A DNA stretch of 63,305 bases, filler included, from Octopus bimaculoides (Eukaryota): NCBI RefSeq assembly GCF_001194135.2. It is 5 parts of 5 records of this genome, joined end to end, with 100 filler letters (N's around TTAATTAATTAA, not from the genome) between each part and the next. Parts side by side here need not be neighbours in the genome. Positions count along the whole stretch, not along the records: positions 1 to 28,158 come from NC_068985.1; positions 28,259 to 35,886 come from NC_068998.1; positions 35,987 to 47,484 come from NC_068981.1; 2 more parts are not named here. One strand, 5' to 3'. Within the stretch, counting starts at the first letter, position 1. Each line of letters starts with the position of its first letter. Positions 26,751 to 38,940 of the stretch are shown here, in pieces. The notes beneath the pieces were generated by a model, which ran no database searches, had not been told where the DNA came from, and saw only the letters and a program-made list of their open reading frames with translations. The position numbers and the translations under genes were made by a program.

Positions 26751-27352
26751 TGGAAGCCGGCAATAATAATGAAATTTTGCCCGGCATGCTAACGTTTCTC
26801 CCAAGCTCGTCACCTTAAGAATATTGATAATCCTTTCTACTATAGGCACAAGGCCTGAAATTTGGAGAGGGGACTAGTCGACAGCACCGACCCCCAGTGT
26901 TTCAGTGGTGTTTAATTGAAAGGATGAAAGGCANNNNNNNNNNNNNNNNNNNNNNNNNNNNNNNNNNNNNNNNNNNNNNNNNNNNNNNNNNNNNNNNNNN
27001 NNNNNNNNNNNNNNNNNNNNNNNNNNNNNNNNNNNNNNNNNNNNNNNNNNNNNNNNNNNNNNNNNNNNNNNNNNNNNNNNNNNNNNNNNNNNNNNNNNNN
27101 NNNNNNNNNNNNNNNNNNNNNNNNNNNNNNNNNNNNNNNNNNNNNNNNNNNNNNNNNNNNNNNNNNNNNNNNNNTTCATACAAAAGTACACCTGTGATTT
27201 GTTTGTATGTTGGTATGTTTTTCTGGCTATATGGCTACCGATCTATCTATATATCGATCGATCGATCTAGCATTTTATTCAGTTATCTATTAACTAGATT
27301 TCGATCGGGCGAGGGAAATAAAATTAACAAAATGAACTACAACAATCCCGCG

Positions 27353-27385
<33 letters not shown>

Positions 27386-28202
27386 CCAGAGTGGACAGTG
27401 ATTGGTTACAATAATGGTCAAAGATCTGGGCCAGATTTCGAAACCGGAAAAAACCAGACGAAATGTGACCCAAACCAGCTCAAGCATAACGCACCATGAC
27501 ACAGTTACACCGGAAATTGACAAATACAGCGTGTGTGTATATATATACATATATATATACACACACATAAAACACACATGCCGTATGTATATACATACCC
27601 ACACAGAGAGGGGTAGAGAGAGCTGGACTGTATTCTAAGAAGTTTTAATATAACCTTGTGTGAGAGCGAACGTTACAATAAAGTTGAGGGAGGTAAAAGT
27701 AACGGCGGTTGTGGTAGAGGGCGCTGCTAAAGTTAATTATAATAGGCATTATAGCTTGAACCCAATGTGAAAGGATATGAGGCTTTAATTAAAAGGCCTT
27801 AATTAAAGGGGATTTAGAGTCAAGTCAATGTGAACTTTATGAGAGTGAGGTTTGTTCGCCGGAAGTGAAATGAGAATCGGAAGTGAGTGTGGAAACAACG
27901 TGAGAGTTTAATATTTAATGGGAGTGTGTGTGTGCACGCACGCATATATATATGTGTGTGTGTGTGTGGCATACACGTACATACATACATACGATGTATG
28001 CTTATGTGTACTTTATTTCTAAGCTTGTTCTTCGACCACGTGGGAGCATCGGCTTTGAGAGTTTTTTTCGATCCTCCGATATTGATATTAATACAGATCT
28101 ATTGCTTAATTCCATCCTAAATCTATCTCATCATTGGATGACGTGGGACTAAACACTTNNNNNNNNNNNNNNNNNNNNNNNNNNNNNNNNNNNNNNNNNN
28201 NN

Positions 28203-28214
28203 TTAATTAATTAA
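28203..28214. other. Assembly spacer TTAATTAATTAA between N runs (also 35931-35942, 47529-47540, 60672-60683)
   Basis: The identical 12-mer, a stop in all six frames, sits isolated between N blocks four times. Technical, not biological. Confidence 0.9.
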
Positions 28215-28260
28215 NNNNNNNNNNNNNNNNNNNNNNNNNNNNNNNNNNNNNNNNNNNNTA

Positions 28261-28301
<41 letters not shown>

Positions 28302-29226
28302 CATTCAAACACTGAAATTTGAAGTTAGATGTCACTACTGTTCATATCATCTGTGGATAAATTCTTAATGTGATGATATCACCAGTAGTGGCATGGGTGG
28401 AACGCATGTATATATATAACATTCATACATACAGATACCACATTGAGTGTGTCTATGAAATGAAGGGGGGGACACCCATAAGTAGTTATGTCGATCAATG
28501 AGAGAGAAAGAGACAATCGCCAGGTTGTAATTAGAGAAAGAAAGAGACAAGAAGCGACAGAAGTTGGTTGGGGAAAAGAGAAAGGATAGTAATAGAGAGA
28601 ACATGTGTATGTCGATTTTCTAGTCTTGATTATATGAAGAAGGAAAGAGAAGAAAAAAATAGATTGGGATGAAATGTCGTCTTGGGTGTGAGATTGTAAT
28701 CTCAGTAAGAGTGAAAGGCTAATATAATAGAGAGGGGGAAGAGAGTTTAGTAGGGAAAGAGAGGAGGGAAGAGATAGACAGAAAGAGGTTATTGTGTGAA
28801 GTGGAGAGTGGTGTTGATGTGACAGAGAAAGAGAACGAGAGAGAGAGAGAAAAGAAATATAAAATTCCGGTTTGAGGACAAGTGGGAGGTAGCTATAAGA
28901 CATGGTAAGAGATAAGGCGATAGAAAAAGACGGAGAGTGGTGTGTAAGAGGAATATGAGAGGGGGATGTAGTGGTGAGAGAAAGACAGAAATATGAGAGA
29001 GAGGTAGTGGTAAGAGGAAGACAGAGAAAGGTATGGAACGAATAACGTGTGCATGTGTGGTAGAGCGGATGTCTTTGTAGTTGTGTGACATGACAAACAG
29101 TTTTGATGATGGTAGGACAGATGGAGATTAGTGTTTGGAAGTAGAATATCATAAAAGTAGACTGGCTTCTTCTTGTCTAGGTATGACGGAGACACTTAAT
29201 GCAGTGGTGGATCTTGTTAAAACCTC

Positions 29227-29317
29227 TTGAAGTATTTCAAATTTTCATCCGACTGTTTTTTTTTTCTAGAATTTAATAAAGAAGTTACATCAGTGAAGAA
29301 AATTTGAAATACTTCAA
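29227..29317. repeat. Perfect 20-bp inverted repeat with 51-nt spacer
   Basis: ttgaagtatttcaaattttc (29227-29246) / gaaaatttgaaatacttcaa (29298-29317). Confidence 0.85.
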
Positions 29318-32185
29318 AGTGGTTGGACGCAATTTAATGCGATCCGTAGTGGTTGTTGCCATTTGACGCCAGCCTCATTATTTCACTCTGGTTGAAAACG
29401 CTCCAGCCGTGGCCATCCCATTTTACAAGACGGACAGTATATCTGGGACTGCGTTTTCCAGTGTGTTGCCAATTTTGTTTTGAAAGATGGTTGGGAATGA
29501 ATTAAAGATTTGCTCTGCTATTTCGATCGGATAGAACGACCACGTTGGTTTCTTGTTGAAGAGGGGGGAGGAGAGAAGAGAGAAAGAAAGAGAAGGGGAG
29601 GGAATATAAGGAGGAAGAGAGAAAGTGGGGCGGGAGAAGAATAGCTTGAAGAAAGAGGAACAAGAGAGGATTAGGGGGAGAGGGCGAGATAAGAATATAA
29701 CAGGGCGAGAGAGACAAGAGGGGGGGGATTAGGAATGTGAGGATAAGTAAGAGGTTTGTTCTATGCATGGCAAGTAAGATATTTACCCCCCACATCAAAC
29801 CTGATTAAGAAAACCTGATAAAAGTCGGTCTGTATGTAACTATCCTGTCTTTTTTTCTCCTTCAGACATATCTTGAATTACATTGAATTTGTCCATCAGT
29901 TTTTTTTCCCTCAAGACCGTCTGGCTGCTATTTCTAATAGCTGGAATAACCACAATAAGAGGTGCTGCAGTGTGGTTTTGGCATTATTTTTTTCTTCTTA
30001 AAATAAGACGTTAGGGTGTGATTTGAAGGAGATTTAGCCGCTATTTCTGGTATGCAGTGCGACTATGCAGCAGGTCTCGTCTTCGACCAGGTGTTGAAGT
30101 TTTAAATAACAAATCCCCCCACCCCAGTAAAACCCTCTTTGGGCCACCCGCCCATCACGATATCAAAAGTCGCACAAAATATTCGGAAATATTTTTACTC
30201 ACAATGCAAAAAGCAACAGAGCAATAACGTGATTTAAGTATTAATGGTAGGTTAGTGAAGAAAAGGAAGGCGAGATCTCTATCAACCCGGTAAACCTGCT
30301 AGAAAATGCAGCCAAATCGCACATTATTGTTTTACAAAGTAAGACGGAGTGCATGGTATACTTTTAGATAAGGTCTGATGGATCAGGGCTGACCTGGGAC
30401 AAAGTACCAACAATAAATAATAAGTCAGGCAGAAGCAAAAAGAATGAAACGAGAGTTCATTTAAAGTAACTATTACCATCTACCGTCTATTTTTTTCTTT
30501 CTCTTACTCTCAAAACGTGACTCCTAACGAAGGGCGTGTATACGTTTGGATGTGGCTTTTGTTATTTTTTTTATAAATATGAAAATGGTCAATATATATA
30601 ATGAATGTAGCAACTAAGCGTGTAGAATCCGATATTTTTGCGCGCGCGAGTATAAATTAGGAGAAAAAGTAACAATAAAATAATAAATAGATTGCTTTCC
30701 CATACATATAGGCACATGTGTATGTATGTATGTACATGCATACAGCTATATTAATGAGAGAGTGAGATAAAGTAGGGTAGTAAGAGTGAGGAAAGTAAAG
30801 GTAGGAAAGAGAAAAGTAAAGATATCTACAATAGAAAGGGAGAGGAAGAGATAGAAAAAGCGTCAAAAGGAGGAATTACAGTTGCAGTGAGAGGAGGAGG
30901 AGAAAAAAAAACGATAATAATGTAGTAGTACGGAGTAGCGGCTACTACAGAGAAAAGAAATGCAGTAAGTAATGAAAGAGGGAGTAAAAAGAAAAATTAG
31001 ACGGAAGTAATGTAGAAGGATGAGTAGAAAGGTATAGAAAAGAAAAGCAATAAAATAAGGAGAGAGAGAAGAAATATGATAAAGAATTAGTTAAACGAGA
31101 GTAGAAGGGAGAGGATCGCAAAAAAAGAAAAGAGAAGAAAGATAGTGAAGGAGAAGTGAAAAAGTGTGCAAGACATTTTCAATAGAAAACAGGAAATCGA
31201 GGAAGGGGAGGAAAGAGAAAAAGATGGTATAAGAGAAACAAGATGAAGGAAAAGGATAAACGAGTAGTGTATAATGAGAGTGTGGTGTGTGTAAAAAAAG
31301 AGAAAGAGAGTGAGAAGGAAAAACAAGAGGTAGAAAAGGGAGACAAGAGAGGAAGAAAGACAAAGAAAACATTATTACTATTATTGGTAGTAATAGTAGT
31401 AGTAGTATCAATTAAATCAACTGTGCCCTTTTTAGAAATGTTTAAAAAAATCATTCTTAGTCTTATTAGCGGATGTGGACGTCACCGAAGACTGGTTTTT
31501 AAGGATTCAGTTACTGCCACGTTATGGCTATGCTGTAAACAAATCATCTGTGCATGTTTAGCAAGAAATTGCAAAACCGTCATGTCGTCAACAAGATTAT
31601 TTAGCTTCCAGCATGCCTTCTTCCTTCGACTTCAATTCGGGCTACCCAGGTTAAATGAGAGGCGTCGAAAGCTTCCAACCAGCTAAGTTGGAATTCGTTA
31701 AAACAAAAATTATTAGAGAGAGTGGGGGAAAGATGAAAGGAGGAGGTAAAGACAGACAGAAAAGCGCGTATCAAGCTTCTCCAGTGACTTGCAGGCGTGT
31801 CTATCAATCTATATGTCGTTACTAGGCGAGAACAGGAGGAGTTAAACAAGAATTTACTGCGTCTGCGGTTTTCGGGTGGCAAAGGGTTCGGGGACATATT
31901 GTCTGGCATATGGTAGGTCAAATAAGGTCAGAGAGAGAGTGAGACAGAAAGGGGAATAGAAATTTGTCTAGACAGATTTGGCACGTGTACACTTACATTC
32001 ACTTCACGATCAACCTTACTCACACGACATATTATGTAGACAAATACGTATTATTATAAAATAGAAGTGGGGGCAACATGAGTGCAAGAAAAGATTTCGA
32101 GTGTGGCTATGATATGGTACTGCCTTAAAGGGTTTAGTCGAACAAATCGACCCCAGTACTTATACTTCAAAATTGGTACTTCAAC

Positions 32186-32268
32186 GTCACCTTAGAGGAT
32201 GTAGAGAGGCTGGTAGAGGACCGCAAGCGCTGGAGAGTTCTGGTGGACCTGGTCGGCTCTATGCATGA
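32186..32268 (+). mobile_element. RTE LINE extreme 3' coding remnant
   Basis: LEDVERLVEDRKRWRVLVDLV, the DRxxWR terminal motif. Confidence 0.55.
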
Positions 32269-32663
32269 TATCTATCTATCTATCTATCTATAGATATCTA
32301 TCTATCTATCTATACGATAGGCTTCTTTCAATTTCTACCAAATTCACTCACAAATGCTTTGGTTAGGTCATGGCTATAGTATAGGACACTTGTTCAAGGC
32401 ACTATGCAATGGGAATGAATCTGGAATCATGTGGTTGGGAAGCAAACTTCTTACCACACAGCCATGCCTGCCATGTTTGTTGGAGTTGAAGGGCAATTGC
32501 TGTGCTAATGATGCTTATTCAGACAGAAGCATGCACCCTCGTCTTCATAGATTAATAAAACAGACTGTCTTTTCTCTAATGCAGGAGTCACCAAACATTT
32601 TGCCATGGCGGGACAGATAACTGAGAGAATAACGAGCGTAGGCCGCATAATTATTTTGTTCAA

Positions 32664-33047
32664 TACAACACAGTGAATTTGTTGGCACTCCGTCGCTTAC
32701 GATGTCGAGGGTTCCAGTTGATTCGATCAACGGAGCAGCCTGCTCGTGAAATTAACGTGCAAGTGGCTCAGGACTCCACAGACAAGTGTACCCTTAATGT
32801 AGTTCTCGAGGATATTCAGCGTGACACAGTGTGACAAGGCTGGCCCTTTGAATTACAGGCACAACAGAAACAGGAAGTAAGAGTGAGAGAAAGTTGTGGT
32901 GAAAGAGTACAGCAGGGTTCGCCACCATCCCCTGCCGGAGCCTCGTGGAACTTTAGGTGTTTTCGCTCAATAAACACTCACAACGCCCAGTCTGGAAATC
33001 GAAACCGCGAGTCCGCTGCCCTAACCACTGGGCCATTGCGCCTCCAC
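32664..33047 (-). mobile_element. tRNA-derived SINE family C
   Basis: Minus-strand head ggaggcgcaatggcccagtggttaggg (A-box) and ggtttcgatttcc (B-box). The body is shared with 42570-42885. Confidence 0.75.
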
Positions 33048-33234
33048 ACAACACAGTGAATACACAAAATATAAAGACAGCCAACATATTTATTTACCAA
33101 AAAGTTATCAAAGAAGGCGACGTTAGCAATAAGATAGTTATATCACACCCAGTGTGCACGTATTTGGATCTCACAAACTAAGCAGCAAAAAGGGTTGATG
33201 AGATTTGTGAAACTGGTGTTTGGCTTTTAAGATA

Positions 33235-33505
33235 TCAATATTTACTTTGGAATTGCTGCATCCAACCAAGAGAATTGCTTTCAAAATGTTTGTCAGTCAA
33301 CCTCATTTGATGTGCTGACTTCACATACTTCATTTTTGAGAATGTTTGCTCACAGACATAAGTTGTTACAAACATTGATGCCAAACCAAAGGCAAATGAA
33401 CTCTCATTGCAGGTACTTACACAAAAGGTACAGTGCGGCAGTGGGCTGGATGAAGTGACCTCGTGGGCCAGATCTTGTCCATGGGCCATAGTTTGGTGAA
33501 CCTTG
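33235..33505 (-). mobile_element. Internally deleted hAT (Charlie/SPIN-like) element with transposase C-terminal remnant
   Basis: Minus-strand start caaggttcaccaaactatggcccatgg resembles a Charlie TIR. Peptide SMFVTTYVCEQTFSKMKYVKSAHQMRLTDKH matches the hAT C-terminal dimerisation domain. Confidence 0.75.
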
Positions 33506-33604
33506 CTCCAATGGAATGCCAATTATGTTGAGATTATTTCCTTTTCTTATTCAGTGATGGTTGCATTTGCCACCAAGTTTACCTTCTCTAGAAACAGAGA
33601 ATAT

Positions 33605-33740
33605 ACTCTTTTACTTGTTTCAGTCATTTGACTGTGGCCATGCTGGAGCACCGCCTTTAGCCGAGCAAATCGACCCCAGGACTTATTCTTTGGAAGCCTA
33701 GTATTTATTCTATCGGTCTCTTTTGCCGAACCGCTAAGTT

Positions 33741-33771
<31 letters not shown>

Positions 33772-33940
33772 CGATGGGCTTCTTTCAGTTTCCGCCTACC
33801 AAATCCACTTACAAGGCTTTGGTCGGCCCGAGGCTATAGTAGAAGACACTTGCCCAAGGTGCCATGCAGTGGGACTGCACCCAGAACCGTGTGGTTGGTA
33901 AGCTAGCTACTTACCACACAGCCACTCCTGCGCCTATATG
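33605..33940 (-). mobile_element. SINE family A, near full-length
   Basis: Reverse complement of the 40940 consensus with an internal deletion. Confidence 0.85.
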
Positions 33941-34195
33941 TCAATAAATCAGGATATTATCTTGTATGGTATTTAATATACCTTCTTATGTGTTTTTTAT
34001 ATAAATTCACACCACTTGTCATTGCTCTTATGCCGTTATTTTTATGCGTGTGTGTGTGAAAATGTAAAGAATGCAAGACACAACAGCCATACCCTCTGTC
34101 AGCTCTTAGTTGCCATTTTTGTTCCTGTCAATGTCGTACAAGGATTGGCTTTCTCAGTTACCAAATAAAGGAATGAAATTGAAATACTTGAATCA

Positions 34196-34590
34196 TCATC
34201 ATCACTTAATGTCTGCTTTCCAATCTGGTATGGGTTGGACAGCTTGACGGGAACTGACAAGGAAGGCTAGGGGGCCACACCAGGTTTCATAGTTTGTTTT
34301 AGCTTGGTTGTCCTTACTAATGCTATCCGTTCCACAGAGTGTAGTGGGTACTTTTTATGTGGCACCATCACCAGTGCTATTTTATGTGACACCAGCACCC
34401 ACACCAATGCTTTTTACGTGGCACTTTGGTTTTAGAATCTCAATTCCGTTGTGGTGGGCAGGTGTTCTTTAGTACAGCAATGTACCACATATCTCGCTCC
34501 TCTGTCATCTTCATAAAGTTTGGCATTTTCAGATTAGCCTTCAATACTTTGTCCCATGTATTCCTGGGTCTCCCTCTTCCACAACTTCCA
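34196..34590 (-). mobile_element. RTE-clade LINE 3' end
   Basis: Minus strand GRGRPRNTWDKVLKANL..MTEERDMWYIAVL, then a UTR ending in a (gat)n tail (plus-strand catcatcatcac). Confidence 0.75.
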
Positions 34591-35396
34591 CTTTAAATGA
34601 GAAATACTTTTATTGTGGTGATATATGTTTTTATTTATTTTTTTTTTGAAACCCTATTCTTCCTTTACAACTTTTGTTTATCATTTTGGAAATTTCAATA
34701 GATTTCTTTACCTCTTTTCAGACAAATGGTTGATGGAGTGCCAAGTTGAGAAAATGAATTTATCTGGCAACCCAATATGATTACATGTGTGCATGTGTCC
34801 ACTTTTTCATGTCCACATGGATTTCTGGGGTGGATTTTCTCTAGCTAGATGCACTTCCTGTTGCCAACCCTCATTTGTTTCTATGACACTTACACTTTTA
34901 CATAATATCAAGACAAAGAGGTACTAACACACACACACTCACATTTATGTACAATGGGCTTCTTTCAGTTTCCGTCTACCAAATCCATGCACAAGGCTTT
35001 AGTTGGCCCAGGATTATAGTGGAAAACACTAGCCCAAGCCTGATACCCTTCTTGACACTAAACCTTGATTGTGTTTTAAGTAAAGGACCTCTTAATTCAC
35101 AAAACTTCAATGGTAGGAAGCGAGTGGGCAGTTTATTGGCAGGAAAACACTTCAGGAACAAGATGAGTGTCATGGAAGCCAATGCAGATGTAGACGCACA
35201 CACACACACATAAATGATGGGCTTCTTTTTCAGTTTATGTCAACCAAAGCCACACAAGACTTTGGTTTGTTTTGGACTACAACACAAGACACAAGACACA
35301 TTGCAAGGTGCAATGCAGTGAGACTTAACCCGAAGCCCCATGGTTCAGAAGCAAACTTCTTGATGACACAGTAATGCCTGTGTGTGCATACACAGC

Positions 35397-35445
<49 letters not shown>

Positions 35446-35454
35446 TATATATCT

Positions 35455-35885
35455 TTTACTTGTTTCAGTCATTAGACTGCAGCCATGTTGGGGCAGTCTT
35501 GGAGAATTTTTAGTCAAATAAATCAATCCCAATACTTTATTTTTTATGCTTTTAAGCCTGGTACTTATTCTATCGATCTCTGAAGATGAACTGCTAAGTT
35601 ACAGGGAAATAAATACACCAACACTAGTTGTCAAGCAGTGGTGGGACACAAACACAGATAGAAAGACATACACATAAATAAATATATACATACACACACA
35701 CACACATATATATATATATACAATGGGCTTCTTTCAGTTTCTGTCAACCAGATTCACTCACAAAGCTTTGGTTGACTTGAGGCTGTAGAAGACACTCGCT
35801 CAAGGTGGCATGCAGTGGGACTGAAACCGGAACCATGTGGTTGGGAAGCAAGCTTCTTACCACACAGCCATGCCTGCGCCTATAT
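35455..35885 (-). mobile_element. SINE family A
   Basis: Reverse-complement copy from tail (cttttacttgtttcagtc) to head (accacacagccatgcctgcgcc). Confidence 0.8.
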
Positions 35886-36020
35886 ANNNNNNNNNNNNNN
35901 NNNNNNNNNNNNNNNNNNNNNNNNNNNNNNTTAATTAATTAANNNNNNNNNNNNNNNNNNNNNNNNNNNNNNNNNNNNNNNNNNNNTATATATATATATA
36001 TATATATGTTTTTATGTGAA

Positions 36021-36215
36021 GGCGCGTGGCTTAGTGGTTAGGGCATTCGGCTCACGATCGTAAGGTTGTGAGTTCAATTCCCGGCGACGCGTTGTGTCCT
36101 TGAGCAAGACACTTTATTTCACGTGCAGTCTGTTCCAATGATTGTATCAGCTGGGACCCTCGTCGTCGTAACCAATCAAATGGAACCTACGTCGTCGTAA
36201 CCGACGAAGTGCCAA
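36021..36215 (+). mobile_element. tRNA-derived SINE, internally deleted
   Basis: ggcgcgtggcttagtggttaggg A-box, gagttcaattccc B-box, then gttgtgtccttgagcaagacactt. Not a tRNA gene because the acceptor stem is absent. Confidence 0.7.
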
Positions 36216-36546
36216 TTTTTGATATTATATTATATTATTTATTTTATATTATATGCTATTAACTGCGTTGTTAACTGTAGGGTCCAACAGTCCAAGCTCA
36301 GGTTCTCTGCACGGTGACAAAGGAGTGTCTGTGCTGTTCAGGTGGAATAAATATCATGAGATATGTTTCATCTTTAATTTATTTTAGTCATTAAAGATTG
36401 GTCAAGAAAGGTTTCGTCGAAATATTCAACTCCAGTTCTTGTTGAGTTCTTGTTTTAAAAGTTACTTATTCTATCGCTGTCTTTTGCAGAACCGTTCAGT
36501 TACAGGGACATGAACAAACCAACATCTGTTGTCAAGTAGTGGGATG

Positions 36547-36598
<52 letters not shown>

Positions 36599-37475
36599 AA
36601 GCTTCTCCACAATTTCCATCAACCAGATTCGCTCACAAGGAACTGATCGGCTTGGGGCTATAGTTGCCAAAGTAGCCAAAGTTGCCGCGAAGGGGAACTG
36701 AACTCGAAACAACGTAGTTGCAAAACGAGTTTCTTACCCACACAGCCATACCTGTTTGAACACACCGGTAACGTATATCCTCAGTTACAAACGAAGTACT
36801 TCTGCACAGATCCCGTTTATCAAATTTAATTCACAAAATATTGATCAATCCGAAGCTATGAAGGAATGCACTTGCTTGGCTGTTTTACTGTGGGATCGAA
36901 CTCAAAATAGCCGCAGTGCGAGAAAAACTTTCTTACCGTACAACAGTATATGTGTCTGGCGCTTTAGTTTTCTTATATAATCAATATCTTTGAGATAATC
37001 AATGAACATCACAACACGCAGTTACACCAAAAATCATCAGAGGCATCAAATAAAATTTTTATAGAAATCCTATTTTGCGTTATTTAAGTACAAGATAAGG
37101 TGACTTCATTGACGCCGCCGGAATTGCATGAGGTTTGATGCCGTTTAGTAGTAAGATTCACGTTTAAAATAACTACACTAATATCTTGCCAGGATTTAAT
37201 TGGATTTTCATCGATCCAAATTTCAATAAATGAAGTTCTTGTAATATACTAGAACGGATTAATCACTCGACACCATTAAATATGTGTTTGATTAAGATTT
37301 CCGATATTTATTCTAAATTTTACGACCTATAAATTACCCACAATAACGTAAAACTCTAGGAACTTACCATCAGAATGAAAAGAGCACAAGGCTTGTTCGT
37401 AATAGAAGCCAGTTCAAAAACGAGAAAAAATTCAGACCAATAACCACAAGCACAGAGTAACAGCCAATACAAAGC

Positions 37476-37617
<142 letters not shown>

Positions 37618-38011
37618 GATGAGCCAACCAGCTCGAAACTCAGTCAGTCGCGCGATTCTGTTGTCTTCCAGAGGATGGTAGGGGTTTTGCTCCCTCTGCT
37701 AGTAATATATATCGTAAATGTAAGGTGCAGCACCGCACCGATAACCAGCTGGCGGAAGATCTGCCTGGGGTTAAACTAGTAGTAACATACAACAGCCACT
37801 TTGATCTGGCGATTAACTTTACTTGTTGAAAGTGTTTTACTACTCTGATCACTTTTTGAGATTTTACACCTGACAGAAATGCCTTTATAAATGCCGTAGG
37901 GACTTCTTTGTGATAGACGAGGCCTGACTAAATTTTGCATATTTCTTCTCTACAAAGCTATCCTCTTTGTTCGAAAGGAACAGAAGGTATTTAAAGTTGT
38001 CTGCTTCAAGT

Positions 38012-38131
<120 letters not shown>

Positions 38132-38289
38132 TTACTGAGAGAGCAGTGCATGCCATCTAAGTGACACTGGGGTAAAATATATGAAACCCAGTATACCCAT
38201 CATATCTACCCGTCTGATAAGGGTACACCAGGCACATGCATCACAACCATCTGTGCGTGACATGGTGATCTCATATCCAGGTAAACAGT

Positions 38290-38680
38290 ATTATTATTAT
38301 TGTTCAGTAGTTTTATTTTTATAACGTGCTTTCACTTCACTACCGAGCGCAGCTCTGTGCGCCTTGGGTATGTGCTGTGGTTTGCTGTGGTGCTCTTATG
38401 TTTACTGTATTGAAAGTGTTTTGCGTAGAATGTGTGCAGTACCCAGTAGTGCAATTTTGTGTATGTTATATATATTTGTAAGTCCTGGTGTTTTTGTTAT
38501 GTATTTGTCTGAATATTTTTTTATTATACCTAAGGCACCTACTATGATAGGAATTGTTTCTGTTTTTAGACTCCACATTCGAGTTATCTCTATTTCCAGG
38601 TCTTTGTATTTTGAAAGTTTTTCCATTTCTTTTAGAGAAACGTTGTCATCTGCTGGTATTGATACATCAATTAGAAAGTA
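38290..38680 (-). mobile_element. R4/Dong-like LINE 3' end (restriction-like endonuclease C-terminus, 3' UTR, TAA tail)
   Basis: LIDVSIPADDNVSLKEMEKLSKYKDLEIEITRMWSLKTETIPIIVGALG..ALLGTAHILRKTL-stop, followed by a short UTR ending in (TAA)n. Confidence 0.85.
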
Positions 38681-38689
38681 TAGTGTAAC

Positions 38690-38940
38690 AGATATACTGT
38701 CACTTTGGAATATTCTTGCTGAAAAAAATATTAGTAACATGAGTAACAGTTGTTCTATTTTCAGTAACAAGTGTGAAGATTGTGGATAAGGTTTTCATGG
38801 CCCTTTCGGTAAGAGCAACTAAAGCTAAAGGTACTTTGTCAGATGTAGGGACTTTCGTAGCCATACGAACCAAATGCATTTCTGTAATCAAGTCGTACTG
38901 ACGCGAGGCTTCTGTGTGTTTTCATATTCCAGATAGTACA
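38690..38940 (-). mobile_element. Possible deleted R2/NeSL-like LINE relic
   Basis: VRLDYRNAFGS resembles the RT WLDxxNAFGS motif, and GHENLIHNLHTC resembles the knuckle. Stops are present. Confidence 0.3.

Noticed and set aside
29330-29540. Possible DDE transposase relic
   Set aside because: Only vague motif echoes with stops on both strands; no convincing catalytic motif.
31760-31921. GC-richer minus-strand ORF start (MPDNMSPNPLPPENRRR) as a first exon
   Set aside because: A plausible donor exists, but there is no homology or promoter evidence; not supportable from sequence alone.
36021-36095. tRNA gene
   Set aside because: A and B boxes are present, but there is no acceptor stem and it continues into SINE body sequence.
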